Shown: positions 23,190 to 35,300, counted from the whole stretch's first letter. The stretch: DNA of 63,224 nt, filler included, from Choristocarpus tenellus KU-1152 (GCA_964200185.2; 7 parts of 7 records of this genome joined end to end with filler, not necessarily neighbours in it); one strand, 5' to 3'. The notes: generated by a model from the letters alone, not told the origin. Numbers and translations: made by a program.

Positions 23190-24415
23190 CTACTCTGCTC
23201 GACTTTCTTTTTGTAACTGCCGGGAAGAGCTACATAGTGATATTTCTAAAAATTCTACCCTGTCGTACCTGTTTCGTCACTACCGAGGGGTCCTACATTA
23301 CGAGACTTTTCAAGTCTAGTCTGTTGTACCTGATATTTGAAATTACCGAATAGGATCCACTTCGATATATTTCTATTTATTCTCTCCGTTTCTACCGGTT
23401 TTGTAGGCATCGAAGATGAGCTACACTACGAGAGAATTTCTGTCTTCTCTGTTGTACTTGCTTGGCACTGCCAAGTAGATGCTGCATTTTTTCGAGTTTT
23501 TTCCAATTCTACCCAGTCGTAACTCCTTTATTAACTGCGGCAAAAGATCTACATTTCTATATTTTACATTTCTACTGCGTTGTGCGTGGTTTGTAACTGT
23601 TGAAGAGGAGCTATATTATGATGGTTTCCCACTTGTACTGGACTGTACCCGTTTCAAGACTGGCGAACAGAAGCTGCGACATTTCGAGAAACTTCTGTTC
23701 CAACTCTGTTGTAGATCTCTTAAAACCTGACAAAGAGGAGTCACATTACGATGATTTTGCGATTTTGTTCAATTTGTACCTGCTTTGAAACTGCCAGGGA
23801 AGAGCCACACATCCAGATTTTTCTACTTCGCTCCTGTTTAACCTGCTCTGCAACTGTTAACGAGGTGCAAGATTTCAGAGGTTTTTCATTCTGCTCTGTT
23901 AAACCTTCTATATAACTATCAAAGAGGAGAAACATACACATGATTTTTAATTCCTACTCTGTTGAACTGTTTTGTAAATGCCAAACGGGATCAACATTTC
24001 CATATTTTTCCATTTCCATTATGTTCTGTTATTGTAACAACCGAAGAGGTAATAGATTTCAAGATAATTCCATTTCTACCATGTTGTACCAGCTTTGCAT
24101 GTACCAAAGAGAACAATAGGTTTCGAGAGTTTTCAGTTTCTACTCTTTTATACCTGGTTTTTAGGGTTGTCACAGAGGAACTACATTTATTTCCAGATTT
24201 TCAGTTTTTCTTTGAATAATTTATAATTGATTGCCAAAGAGGTGCCAAGTAACAAAATATGTACATTTTCTCCGTTTTGCTTGTTCGTAACTGTCATGAC
24301 GGATCCACACTATTGCTAACTTTTTTTCGGTTTCTACTTTGTTGTAGTACCTGATTTATAACCGTCGAAAAATGAGCTGCATTATTACCATTTCTTTTGT
24401 TTCCACTCTGTTGTA
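23190..24415. repeat. Degenerate tandem array, ~20 units of ~61-66 bp
   Basis: Recurrent unit approximating TTTCTACTCTGTTGTACCTGTTTTGTAACTGCCGAAGAGGAGCTACATTACGA(N)TTTTC, with starts at ~23190, 23255, 23316, 23382, 23444, 23509 and onward. Confidence 0.85.
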
Positions 24416-25400
24416 CTACCTTTGTGTGCCGTAAGTTTGTGCCGCGAAACATCTGGACTCGCCGAGCGAGAACAGCGCCAAACCGGACGAAAACCCCACA
24501 GAATGAAATCGGGTTGACAATCTCAGCTTTCAGAAAAGGGGTCGAGGATCATCAGGTGCAAACTCGAGGTGCTTCAAGTCGTCAAATTAGGGATCTTTTG
24601 GGGTGATTTTGAGGCCAGAACTGGGCACGTCAAGGGCCAGAATGTCGGGATGGCACCCCCCTGTCGACCCCCATATAGGAAGGGTGCCCAAGTGTCCCTG
24701 TATACCAGGGTTGCAATTGCAGTGCGGCCCAACCTCGCGATGGTCCCTGGTGAAGCACAAGCTACCATGACACATTGGGCCTCGCAGCGGAGTTTGGAGT
24801 GTCTGAGCATTACGTGCAAGGGCTCTGGGAGGGTGTCGCCAATCAGCTCGCCCGTGGCCACACGCTTGACCTAGGAGTGGCGGCACGTAGTGGGTGGCCT
24901 TCGGAGCTCATACCAACCAAGATGGCCGCAATTACGTAGTATCAACTTCGATAATCAGTCATCCACAGTGCGTCAGGTGACAATGAAGGTGGCTGCCAAG
25001 GGGCTGAATTGTAGCATGAGTACCATAAACAGGTGGTTGGATGATATGGGGGCCATGACGAATCGACGCTGGATCAAACCCAAGCTTAAATCGTGCCAAA
25101 AGGTATGAATGGACTTTGTTTGAGATCAAGTGGACCGGAAATGTGGTGTGTACGCCTCCATGGTGAACACGATCCATACGGGTGAAACCTGGTTTTACGT
25201 AATGACTGATGGGGAAAGGGTTAGGGTATTTCCACATGAGGATGATAGCAACCTTTCAGGTTCCCTTCCTGTGCAGCATAAGAGTCATATCCCCAAAATC
25301 ATAATCATTACAGCCAATGCCCGCCCAGATTTGGCTCACAGCTTTCATGGAAAGCTTGGTGTTTGGCGTGTGTACACACCAAAAACGGCAGACCGGACAA
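24416..25400 (+). mobile_element. DD39D mariner, 5' half, same family as 9944-12162
   Basis: TA|CTACCTTTGTGTGCCGTAAGTTTGT start; colinear with the reverse complement of 10640-12162; IHTGETWFY...VQHKSHIPK...ARP...FHGKLGVW. Cut by a family B element at the contig end. Confidence 0.9.
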
Positions 25401-25419
25401 GGGTCAAAGTATCTGGGGG
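25401..25419 (+). mobile_element. Family B TIR inserted in mariner, at contig break
   Basis: GGGTCAAAGTATCTGGGGG begins exactly where mariner homology stops. Confidence 0.8.
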
Positions 25420-25519
25420 NNNNNNNNNNNNNNNNNNNNNNNNNNNNNNNNNNNNNNNNNNNNTTAATTAATTAANNNNNNNNNNNNNNNNNNNNNNNNN
25501 NNNNNNNNNNNNNNNNNNN
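25420..25519. other. Artificial contig spacer
   Basis: N/TTAATTAATTAA/N, 100 nt. Confidence 0.97.
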
Positions 25520-25883
25520 TTCGGTCCTTGACCGACAGATTGACATCCTCTCGTGTGACCGACTCCAGAAAGTTGAAGGTGACCTTGTATTCCGTGGGAG
25601 ACTGCATGATCTTGGCTGGAGCCAAGTCAAGAGTGGGGGCAATCGCGCGTCTCAGGTGTCCAACCCTCACCCATGGGTATGACCTAGGGGAGAGCCCACA
25701 GCCGAGCCCCTCTCGCATCAGTACCAAGGGCGCTGAAGCTGACGATCGGCGAAGCTGTATCCTCAAAGGACGAAAGACGACTCCATCTCGAAAGGCCGTT
25801 GTTCCACCATCGATGAATGGCGAGAGAACTATTGCAGCTGTCCTTGGCATCCTGGCTAGGAGTAGCTCAAATTTCGTTAACAT
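25520..25883 (-). CDS. Possible small heat-shock protein (Hsp20/alpha-crystallin domain), 3'-truncated
   Basis: The open frame from ATG 25883 ends in APAKIMQSPTEYKVTFNFLESVTREDVNLSVKDR, resembling beta2-beta4 of the ACD (PxxDIxExxxEYxVxxxLPGVxxEDVxVxVxDxxL). Confidence 0.55.
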
Positions 25884-26119
25884 TCTTGCTTGAGACGGGG
25901 TTTTTGCCTCGTTTTCTGTTGTCTTTGTGTGTTGTGTTTGATGTTGTGGGCTGTGTTGATGATGGATGGTAACATCTTGTTGCTTTCTAGAAGTTATTGT
26001 TGCTGGCAAGAGGTTTCTAGAAGTTAATGGAACTTTCTTTGTAATATATTCTGACAGGTAACATACAACAATACGACAACAACTGACACTAAGAGTAGTA
26101 TCATGGGAGGAGTGGTGGA

Positions 26120-27552
26120 ATGGCTGAAATCAGCGCGCGAGTAGCAAGCAAGGCAGGAACAGAGGCAGAGCAATTGGTCGTAGTGCAACAACTTAGTTGC
26201 AGCAGTAGCAGTAGTCAGTCGGTACGAGAACCAGTGCACTGTGCGCTGAATTGGGTTAGTGTCCATTTGATGTGTTCTTCGTGTTGTGTTTGTGCTTGGA
26301 ACCTATTTAGGACGGACTTCTTCCTGACACCACCATTTCCATGCCGTTATGGCAGCCAGCTCAGCTCCTGTCAAGATATTGTAAGTGTAGAAGAGGAGAG
26401 GATTGTTTGTTGGTACAAGGGGAAAGTCAAACGCAAGACGGAGGGTCACGGGCACATTAATCCACCAGAAGGTTGGGGTTACATTGACTCCTAGAACTCA
26501 ACCACGCGCCTCTCTAGCATGCTTTTGTCGATACAATATCTTTGCTCCCTTGCCTGACTACCTATTTTATATATAATTTATTTAAGTTTGTGTAGATAAT
26601 GCTGGTCATGCAATATAGGTAATATTTCTGGCTGTACATTTCCTCATATTTCTGTCATTGATCCTCACTTACTTGTGCCCGTTATTGTTCTTGAACGTAC
26701 ATGTTGCACGAGCGGAGTGTAGGAGCAGTGGGTGCGATGAAGGTGGTATCTATTCTCGGTGGAATAACAGTGTCACTTTGTCGCCTTTGCTGGTGCTATC
26801 TCCAACTCAACCTTCATTCTCTTGCGACTACACAACACTGAGTAGTCGTGACAATATTCAGTGTATCTATTGCTGCATGGCCAAGCTGTTCGTCCATTCC
26901 ATTTGCCCTGCTAGATATACATACATGATGATATGAACTTCCGAAATTCTTGCTGGCATCAATCAATTGGCTTATGCACTTTTTAGGCTACCCACCATAG
27001 TGGTGAAGTGAACACCCCAATCTGAAAACAGATTTTGTGGTTATCCCCATATTGATATACTATCCAAGTCTACTCTGAAGTATAATATGCTACTCTATTA
27101 TCACAGTGGAGCATCCAACATATTTTAATTTTTTTTGGTGGTGCAACCAACCCTATCATTTAAATGAATTTCAAGATCACGGGGGTTCAGACCTGAGAAT
27201 TGATCTACACGGTTCAAGTATGAATGAACATGGGACCATCGGACGTGAAAGTTTCTACCAGAGAGATAATTAAATGAACTTGTACACGTATCTCTGATGG
27301 TTTTCCGTCCGTCACCTGGCACGGGAGTGCATGGGTTCGAAACTTTGTTACAGAGCCCAGAATTTCTTCTCAGGAAATTTGACTTCGACAGACCACACGA
27401 CAAGGGTATTGGGAAGATGCACCTGTATATTGCCTCTATTTACTGTTATCTTGCGCTAAGCAACAAAAAGAGACGTGCGGTAAGATCTGGATCGTGATGG
27501 AGTAGATTCATTGCAGACAAGAGAGAGTACGCACCATATCTGAAGGAGAAGG
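26120..27552 (+). CDS. Putative multi-exon gene of unknown function
   Basis: ATG 26120 (MAEISARVASKAGTEAEQL) followed by short AG/GT-bounded open segments near 26357-26412, 27354-27405 (SPEFLLRKFDFDRPHDK) and 27517-27551 (KREYAPYLKEK). No family recognised. Confidence 0.3.
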
Positions 27553-28289
27553 TTGAGCTATGATTGTTGGGATAGCTGAACCTAGCGCCTGAGAAAACTT
27601 ATGACACTCACGGGACAGTGCAATTTGCTAGTGAAAAGGTAGTTTGTAGGGTAGAAGATATAGTGTAGTGTGCACTGCCATTTGACCGTGGGTCAGTGGA
27701 TTAGGTAGGGTGGAGGTAATAAAGACTTCCAGACAAAGAATTAACATTCTTTAAAACAATGAATATTATTTGGATTGTTTTTCCATGTACCCGTCTGTGT
27801 GTAACCATTGATCGTTCTTCACCATCCACCAATCTTCGGAGTCGTGGGCGATTTTGTATTCCATGTATCTCTTACTGCGGCTGGTGAAACTTGAATAGAA
27901 CTCTCCCTGGAATAAAACAAAGCTACAGTTGTGAATCATCATAATACACCTTTTTATGCTGTATAAATTGCCTTGAAAGGAGTTATAATCTTGGTTGAGT
28001 CAAAGCCCCTAGCACCATGAGTAAGTTTATGGAATCGTGCAGCATCCATATGCGTGATAATATGTATAGTGCAGACTTTAAATTGCGATCTTGATTGCAA
28101 TCTCAATCAATTATGATAATCATTCTTATTCGATTAACAAATGAGGTTGGAGTGAATCAATGCAGTTCCAACATACTAATAACCTGTCAGTATAATGGGG
28201 CTACCCATACACCAATCTGTTATCAGATTCGGGTGATACTTTACACCAGCGGTGGTAGGCTGAGAAGTGTACAAATCATATGGTGGATG

Positions 28290-28372
28290 CCTGGAAAAAT
28301 TCACAAGTGCTTACCACCGTAGATCTTCATTAGGGTGAATGGCATGGTGGAATGGTTTAATCACACCGAAAT
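28290..28372 (+). mobile_element. Ty3/Gypsy integrase remnant
   Basis: FTSAYHR...NGMVEWFNHT resembles TSxYHPQxNGxVERxNxT (frameshifted). Confidence 0.55.
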
Positions 28373-28637
28373 AGATATTTTGTCTTTTCTTGTCATATAG
28401 AGGGAATGACGAGGAATTGGGGCGTGAAGGCTATCCAGTGTACCTGTGACGTACAGGAAAAATTACACACAAATTATCACAGGATTTTAAACATAAGAAA
28501 CATTGTGCAGATAAGAAGAGTAGCTAGATTCCAGTACAACCAGAAGTATGGATAGCGGTGTAATATGTATGTTACAGGCAAATAGCGCGAGTATTTCTTC
28601 CCACGCTTTAACCGGCACGAGCAGTATACGCGCGTGG

Positions 28638-28737
28638 NNNNNNNNNNNNNNNNNNNNNNNNNNNNNNNNNNNNNNNNNNNNTTAATTAATTAANNNNNNN
28701 NNNNNNNNNNNNNNNNNNNNNNNNNNNNNNNNNNNNN
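28638..28737. other. Artificial contig spacer
   Basis: N/TTAATTAATTAA/N, 100 nt. Confidence 0.97.
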
Positions 28738-28801
28738 CTGATTTTGACCCAAATAGACACCCTGGTGTAGACCCCCCCCCCTCCCCCAGATACTCTGGGT
28801 C
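28738..28801 (-). mobile_element. Family B TIR element end at contig start
   Basis: ...CCCAAATAGACACCCTGGTGTAGACCCCCCCCCCTCCCCCAGATACTCTGGGTC; matches 195-241. Confidence 0.78.
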
Positions 28802-30883
28802 AAATAATGTCTCCCTTGCTTCGTGAAACCCTCACAGTACAAAGATTACGTGATCGGAAAAGGACAGTTAACCGGTGAACACGAACATAGTAGCAAGGGT
28901 TGGCTTAAAGTTCTTGAGTAGAAAAGGATGATGAAGGAAGGGTTAAATGACAAAATTGGAAATTGTTAGATGAGGGGTGAGCAAAGGACAATATTTGTAT
29001 GTATATTGAGTCAACGTAAACGAGAGATAACGAGGTTTTGGCAGTTTGGCATATTGAACCAGTTTTCCGATCTACTGCAATTCAACCATATTTCTATGAA
29101 CTGCTAAGATTGACTAGAGAACATTGATTTCTTTATTGTTTGGAAGTTCCTACAGAATTCAGAAAAGTTCCTACACTCATTTGTGTAAAAAAATAGTTTT
29201 GCACATAGCTGTCAGCATCCTTAAAACGCAACCTAGGGTACCTCTCGTTTGATGACTCTAACCATGGTTCGGGATTAGTCCCAGACTAAAAAAGTGAAGG
29301 TATTAATTTAACTTTTGAAGCCATCCCACCCCTAATTACACTCATCCCTTTGATCTTACTAAAACATGAGGCCTTTGCACCTCCTTGGTCTGGCGTTTTT
29401 GTAGTATTAGAACAGATTATTGGATTGTACACCCGTACACAAACGTACAATCTGTAGGACCACTAGAACTGTACTGTATGGATGGATAATCGAAAGATCA
29501 AATCCACAATTCTATCCAAAGGAGATTGGGTTCAAGACCATAATATCAACCCTTGAACTTGAATCTTCCTCGTGCCCTCACTTTCTATATCTATCGCTTC
29601 TACATATATCGATTACATGTGCCCACTGACATGTTGGCGATTGCAGAGATTGTCATGTAGGAGAACAATAAATATAAAGGAAAGGAAACAATTAGTATAT
29701 CATAACAAAAACAGGAATAGAGTCTGGAGAAGAAAAACAATAAATATAAAGTGTACAGCAAACAGCAACAAGAGTGGTAGTGTATTGTAAAACTAGAAAA
29801 CTAGAAAGCTACAAAAAGCAACGACAGTTGAACTGTATATATAGACTCCTAGACTGACACTATGAAGGTGGGCAAGAGCAAGGGGAGAATCCCACACACC
29901 ATTCAAGCCTCTCCTAGCCCATCGACCTGGAGTCTCCAGTTTGAAGCAGTGTGTCTGGAGATGATGCCAGTTGAGCAGTAACCGATACCAACTTGCTTCT
30001 ATAGTGTACTTCCAAAATAAAGGATTATTATACCCACCTATTCAATGTACTATGATACATAGTGAGTCAAAGTAAAGGAGAGATATTTAGAGTCGCATTT
30101 TTACGGGTGCTGGCAAATATGTGTAAAACTTCACTCTTCTTACAATGCTTACAGAATATTTTTCGAATTGTGACCGAAGCGTTTCAAACAATAGAGACAC
30201 TAACCCTCAGAATTCAAACTTAGAAATTCATCCATAGAAATATGGGTGAATTGCAAGAGGTTGCAAAACAGTAAAAAACTGGGTAATTCTTTCTTACTTT
30301 AAATCAGTAGTACTATATTCGAATTTGCAATGCCTGAATTCATAAAGATGTAATACATATACTTCTACGATGCCTGCTGAGATGTTGCAGGGATTGTCAT
30401 GTAGGAAATAAGAGATGCAAGGAGAGAAGGCAACAAAACGTAATGGTACAATAGAGTGGAGAGGAGGAAATGCCATTTAAAGAATACAACGAACACAGCA
30501 GAAAGGACCACTACAATATCAGAAAGCACAAGAAAACAACGAAGAGCACCTCCTAAACTGACTCAATGAACGCCTTAGATATTAAATACTCCAGGTCGCC
30601 CTTCATAGCTACACCATATACACACACACGTAGTATAGGGTTTTTGTCATTCTTCCCCGTATATACTTCTAAGCCAACAAGGAGGGGCGTTATGTATGCA
30701 TGCACTTGGCATCAACAGATCAAAAAAGAATAATAACGGCTTAAATTGGCTGAAAAGAACCAATGGTAGAACAAAAAGAAAAAGTACAGGTGTCTTCCAC
30801 ACAATGTGAGGCGTTTTAAAGTATCACACGTTGGATTTCCCTCCACATACAAGATACCTGCCACCAGCTTTCATACGTCACAT

Positions 30884-31142
30884 GAGTGAAAGTATCTTAA
30901 AGGGTATGAATTTTGCCCTGTTTGCCCATTTGGGGCTTGGCTTCCCATGGGTTCTTTTGTGACATTTTCCTACTCCAAAATGTTTAGGATTAGGTAAATG
31001 GTATATGTTATGAAAGGTTGTGTCCGGAACATGGATATTGATACACCCTAGCAAACACGATAGCCAAAATTACTTCAAAATCTCAACATCGGATTTTGGT
31101 CCCCAAATGGACACGGCTCTACCCTCTAAGATACTTTGTTCA
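30884..31142 (-). mobile_element. MITE family A copy 8
   Basis: GAGTGAAAGTATCTTAAAGGGTA ... TACCCTCTAAGATACTTTG; flanks CAT/CAC. Confidence 0.92.
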
Positions 31143-31687
31143 CACGTGTTTCCATACGCATTCAGTAGTTGTAGATGAAGGATGGTGAGAATTAAGGGAA
31201 TAGTAAAATACAATGGTGTCGCTGGTGCTACAACACAGGTCCGTAAGCATAACCACTAGGAGGGATCTATCGACCCCTGTAATTTTATCCTCAATCGACA
31301 CCTTCACATTACAAGGTTTCAGGAACCTTGGCACACAGGCAGAGCTATTTCTGGACTACCTAGTGACTCATTTTTGTAGGAGTTAGGGGGTAGGAGGGTT
31401 TCAGGAGAGAGGGAGCTGAAAAACACATTTTAGGACATTTTGTATTTTTTCACTCACTGATTAAGTGGCCATCTTCAGAAGAGTTTTCCCCCAGAAGAGT
31501 TTTGACAATCCAAGTTGATGGGCGAGGAGAGGCTCGACAGCACTATATGGAACTCCTCTCATAATTCTCACCCGCCTTCTTAGAGTCAGTTAGGGAGTAT
31601 TGTACATTGTAGTTTTCTTGTCCATTGTTGTACATGCAACACCTCTGTTGTTGGCGTATCCGATATTTTATAGTAGTCCTTTCTACG

Positions 31688-31943
31688 GAGTGAACGTATC
31701 TTAGAGGGTACGAGCTTTGCCCTGTTTGTCCTTTGGGGCTTGGTTTCCCATGGGTTCTTTTATGACATTTTCCTACCCCAAAATATTTAGGAGTAGGTAA
31801 TGTGTGTTTGATATGAAAAGGTGTATCCGGAACGTGGATATCGACACTTCCTAACAAATACGATAGCCAAAATTACATCAAAATCGTAACATTGGACTTT
31901 GACCCCAATTGGACGCGGCTCTACCCTCTGAAATACTTGACTC
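31688..31943 (-). mobile_element. MITE family A copy 9
   Basis: GAGTGAACGTATCTTAGAGGGTA ... TACCCTCTGAAATACTTGACTC; flanks ACG/GCG. Confidence 0.92.
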
Positions 31944-32599
31944 GCGGTTAAGTTGTACTCTTTACACGATCTTTCCTCTTCTCCAGTCTCAATTTTGCTA
32001 TTGTGTTTCATTGCTTTCTCCTCTCTATATTTCATAGTTTTACATATAAAATGCATGCAATATGAGCTATGGCGATCATTCACGTAACTCAGTTGATTAA
32101 CCACCTGTACTCCATCACGTTCATGTCTATGTTGGACTCCTGGTAGGAGAGGCCAGATTTTCTGCTTAGGAAATTTGACTTCCATGGGTCCTGTACGATG
32201 GTTGTTATTTTATGTTCACATTAGCCTGACAGATTCCAGACCCGTGGTCGAAATAGGTAGTCCAAAGAAGGGAGTAGACATTCAATGAGAAAAAGGAAAC
32301 AAGGACCTTCCACAAAAAGAAAAAGAAAAGAAAAGAAAAGAAAAGAAAAAAATTAGGAAGAATAGAACCCGCAAGAGAAAAAAACATCACCCAAAAACAT
32401 ATGGGGAAGGGAAGAAAGAAAATGAACAAAGGATGCAAGGAATGATAACCCCTCAAAGAAAAGGGCATTCAGCAGACAGTGGTAGTGATGGTGGTTGTGG
32501 CTTGGGTGACCTTAGCTACTGCTTGGGTGTGACGTACACTACTGTCACAGTTTCCTTGGTATATCATTTGGCCATGAATCTTATTGTACCCTACGCCAC

Positions 32600-32880
32600 A
32601 TGCGCATACCACTCCTCTTAGGTAGTGAGTTTCGTGCTCCAACCCTCAACGTCAATCCCAAACTTGTCAAGGTCATCTTGGATGCATGCCTAGCAGTTCT
32701 TCTCCTGCACACCTTTTTTCGTTTTCCATTCACAAGCTTCCCGAACATCAACACATTGGAAAGTCGCTCATCCCCCATTCGAACAACTGACTCAGCAAAT
32801 AGAGATACCCCGATAACCTCACACCCAATCTTCATACTAGCATATTTGAAGGATAGGGTACAATCGATGTGTTCCAATTT
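32600..32880 (-). mobile_element. RTE-clade LINE 3' fragment
   Basis: VVRMGDERLSNVLMFGKLVNGKRKK matches the RTE C-terminal motif RMxDxRLPKxxxxGxLxxGKRxxGR. Confidence 0.75.
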
Positions 32881-33138
32881 GCTGAAACCAATCAGCAGAG
32901 CAGGACTTTGTGACGATGTGGGTGAAGCTTCAGATAATGAGCCTGACTAAGTGTCGACGTCATACAACCATATAACAAAATTACAAGTACCTCAGCTTTG
33001 AGCATTCAAAGCTTCAGCTCAAGTTAGACACATGAGGTCCTGTCATAAAGGACTTAGCTGTAATTATAAAATAACGATAAAACTCTCTGAATCCTTGGGC
33101 TGATCTCAGCAGCAATAGCAACATCGTCACTGGTGGTT

Positions 33139-33203
33139 GGGTCAAAGTATCTGGGGAGGGGTGTCGGCGTCCGTTTTTCACCCTTTTTTCGATTTTCACT
33201 TTT
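33139..33203 (+). mobile_element. Family B TIR element end at contig break
   Basis: GGGTCAAAGTATCTGGGGAGGGGTGTCGGCGTCCGTTTTT. Confidence 0.8.
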
Positions 33204-33303
33204 NNNNNNNNNNNNNNNNNNNNNNNNNNNNNNNNNNNNNNNNNNNNTTAATTAATTAANNNNNNNNNNNNNNNNNNNNNNNNNNNNNNNNNNNNNNNNN
33301 NNN
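33204..33303. other. Artificial contig spacer
   Basis: N/TTAATTAATTAA/N, 100 nt. Confidence 0.97.
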
Positions 33304-34435
33304 CATCTTGCAAAAGGTTTGAAACACCAAACCATTGGTGTGCAAATAGTCTCAATCTCACCTCCTCTTCTGCCCTAGCGTCCTCGTCGATGGCTACCTC
33401 CACCTGCTTCGCGACCTCTTCGAAGTAAAGGATTTGGTGGTATCGAAAAGTCTCCACAACTGCCTTTGTTGCGATTGCTTTCTCCTCTGCCTTGCGATCC
33501 CTTTCGACCTTCTTTCCGACTTCAGAGCCCTTGTAGCCCAACCCTAACACCTCCTTTCTCGTTTCCTTAAGCCACTCCGGCTTGCATACCTTCCAAACAG
33601 CCAGGGCCTGCTGCAACTGTCGACTACTAAGATATTCTACACCCAGTTATTCGCTTAGGCGTTTCCTGAGTGCAATGGCACGCAGTCGCACTGCTCTCTT
33701 CCCCAACCTTCCCTTCGGGTGGCCACTATGTTTCCTTCACCCGCCGTGACCAGGCTTCCCCACAGACTTGTCACTGTACCACCTGATGATGGACTCGCCA
33801 CCCTCTTCCTGTTTTCCCGAGGTGGCAGTTCTTGTAGAGCAGTTCTCCGAAGTGGTTGAAGTCCAACCACGTTTGTGTGGTAATGCTTTCAATGCATCTT
33901 CTCTCAGCGTCAGTGTCGCGACCACGTGGTCCATTTCGTGATTCGATTATGCTGCTGCGCCACACTACTCGCACTTTCTCGTCACCTAACATCACACTGA
34001 GTTTCACACGGTATTTGTTTTTCCGGTCCCTCTCGACAGAGAAGGTGCCGAGGGTAGATCCAGAGGGAAGAGTGACCTCGCTGGCTCTCCTTGTCTCTCT
34101 GTCATGGTTCATGTTGCTGTGTAAGTCACGTGTGTGTGTGCTCACAGAAAGTCTCCAAAAGGCGTTAAAAAGATGTCCAGAAATCTTGAAAAACATTTCG
34201 CTACGGCCACACCAGTCGAACTTGGGTAGGGACCTACTCCGGACCAGTTTTCTGAACCACTTTATTTTTGTATCTTTTGAGTTGTTATCTTCAAAATTGC
34301 GGTGGAGATATTCCCCCGCGTTTCTTCCATTATTTGATCGGGGCATAGCTTCCATTCCGCGAAGCTCATACAAAATTCACTACAACCCTTTAAAAGCTCT
34401 TGCCATACCCTTTCATTTGTTATCTATATTATTTT
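33304..34435 (-). mobile_element. Second copy (5' part) of the IS630/Tc1-like element
   Basis: Colinear with 8527-9940 without the MITE (QQALAVWK..KPEWLKETRK.VLGLGY in both copies); longer intact N-terminal ORF 33771-34373. Confidence 0.8.
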
Positions 34436-34639
34436 ATGTCTGTTGCGGCTATATGGTAAAAATATTTAAGATTGCCACAGAGGGCGAAGCTACTGGTACC
34501 ACCTTCTGAGAAAAATAGGATGGCAAAGAAGCTGATTTTAGGAAAAGTCCATAATCTCATTTGGTGATTTTTTTTCTGGGTTGGGATTGTCATCTCAGTC
34601 CCTCATCCGACCTCTGGTCCCACCATAACATCCTTAATT

Positions 34640-35300
34640 GTGAAGATTTTATAATCCTTGTACGTTTACAACATCAATGCGATACAGTCATTTTTTGTCT
34701 TCCTATCTTCCGTACCTATACCCTGCCTCTACACAGTGCCTTACCTATCCTCCTCATCATAGGCCAACGTATTCATCCCAGTCTACCCCTTCCTTGGACA
34801 TATTCAGCACCATCTGAGCTCGTCATAGATCGGAAATATATGTATTCTGGAACGTTCCTATTATTGGCCCCAATTGTGAAGCAGTATACTGTGGTTGAGA
34901 GCATGTGGTCAGTTTGTATACTCCCCTATTTTGATGATGACCTTCCCTCCGACATGCATCTCATAGAAAAATTGGCATATCCTTGTGTTTCCATCGAAAT
35001 TGACCAAATATGTGGCAGTGGTGATCAGGTGGGGGGATAAGATGCTGCCGTTTCGACCACATCCTCACCCGTCAATCCAACCATTGCCTCATCCGCAACC
35101 TGATATAGTGACATTCCACTTTGGAACCAAACCACAATATCATACCGATAAAGTCCAACTTCCAAGTCCAATGACGAGGATGACCACGAACAAGCTGATC
35201 ATCACCAAGCTTCTGCATCCCCCTGGAGTGATGTGGAAGAGCACGGACTTCAACAGCGGGACATCCGCCTTCACAGCCAGACTACTGGAGGCCCCAGGGT
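34640..35300 (+). mobile_element. Decayed reverse transcriptase, probably CRE-like non-LTR retrotransposon
   Basis: INAIQS (NAFNS-like), HPSLPLPWTYSAPSELV (PxLxxxxxYxxPSxL) and ILPYFDDD (YxDD) occur in the expected order. Confidence 0.45.

Noticed and set aside
23190-24415. CRISPR array or repeat-protein (e.g. LRR/FNIP) gene
   Set aside because: There is no constant repeat with unique spacers, unit lengths vary and are not multiples of three, stops occur throughout, and the context is eukaryotic with no cas genes.
33856-34509. 217-aa plus-strand ORF
   Set aside because: Antisense shadow of the transposon ORF on the minus strand; not conserved as an ORF in the other copy.
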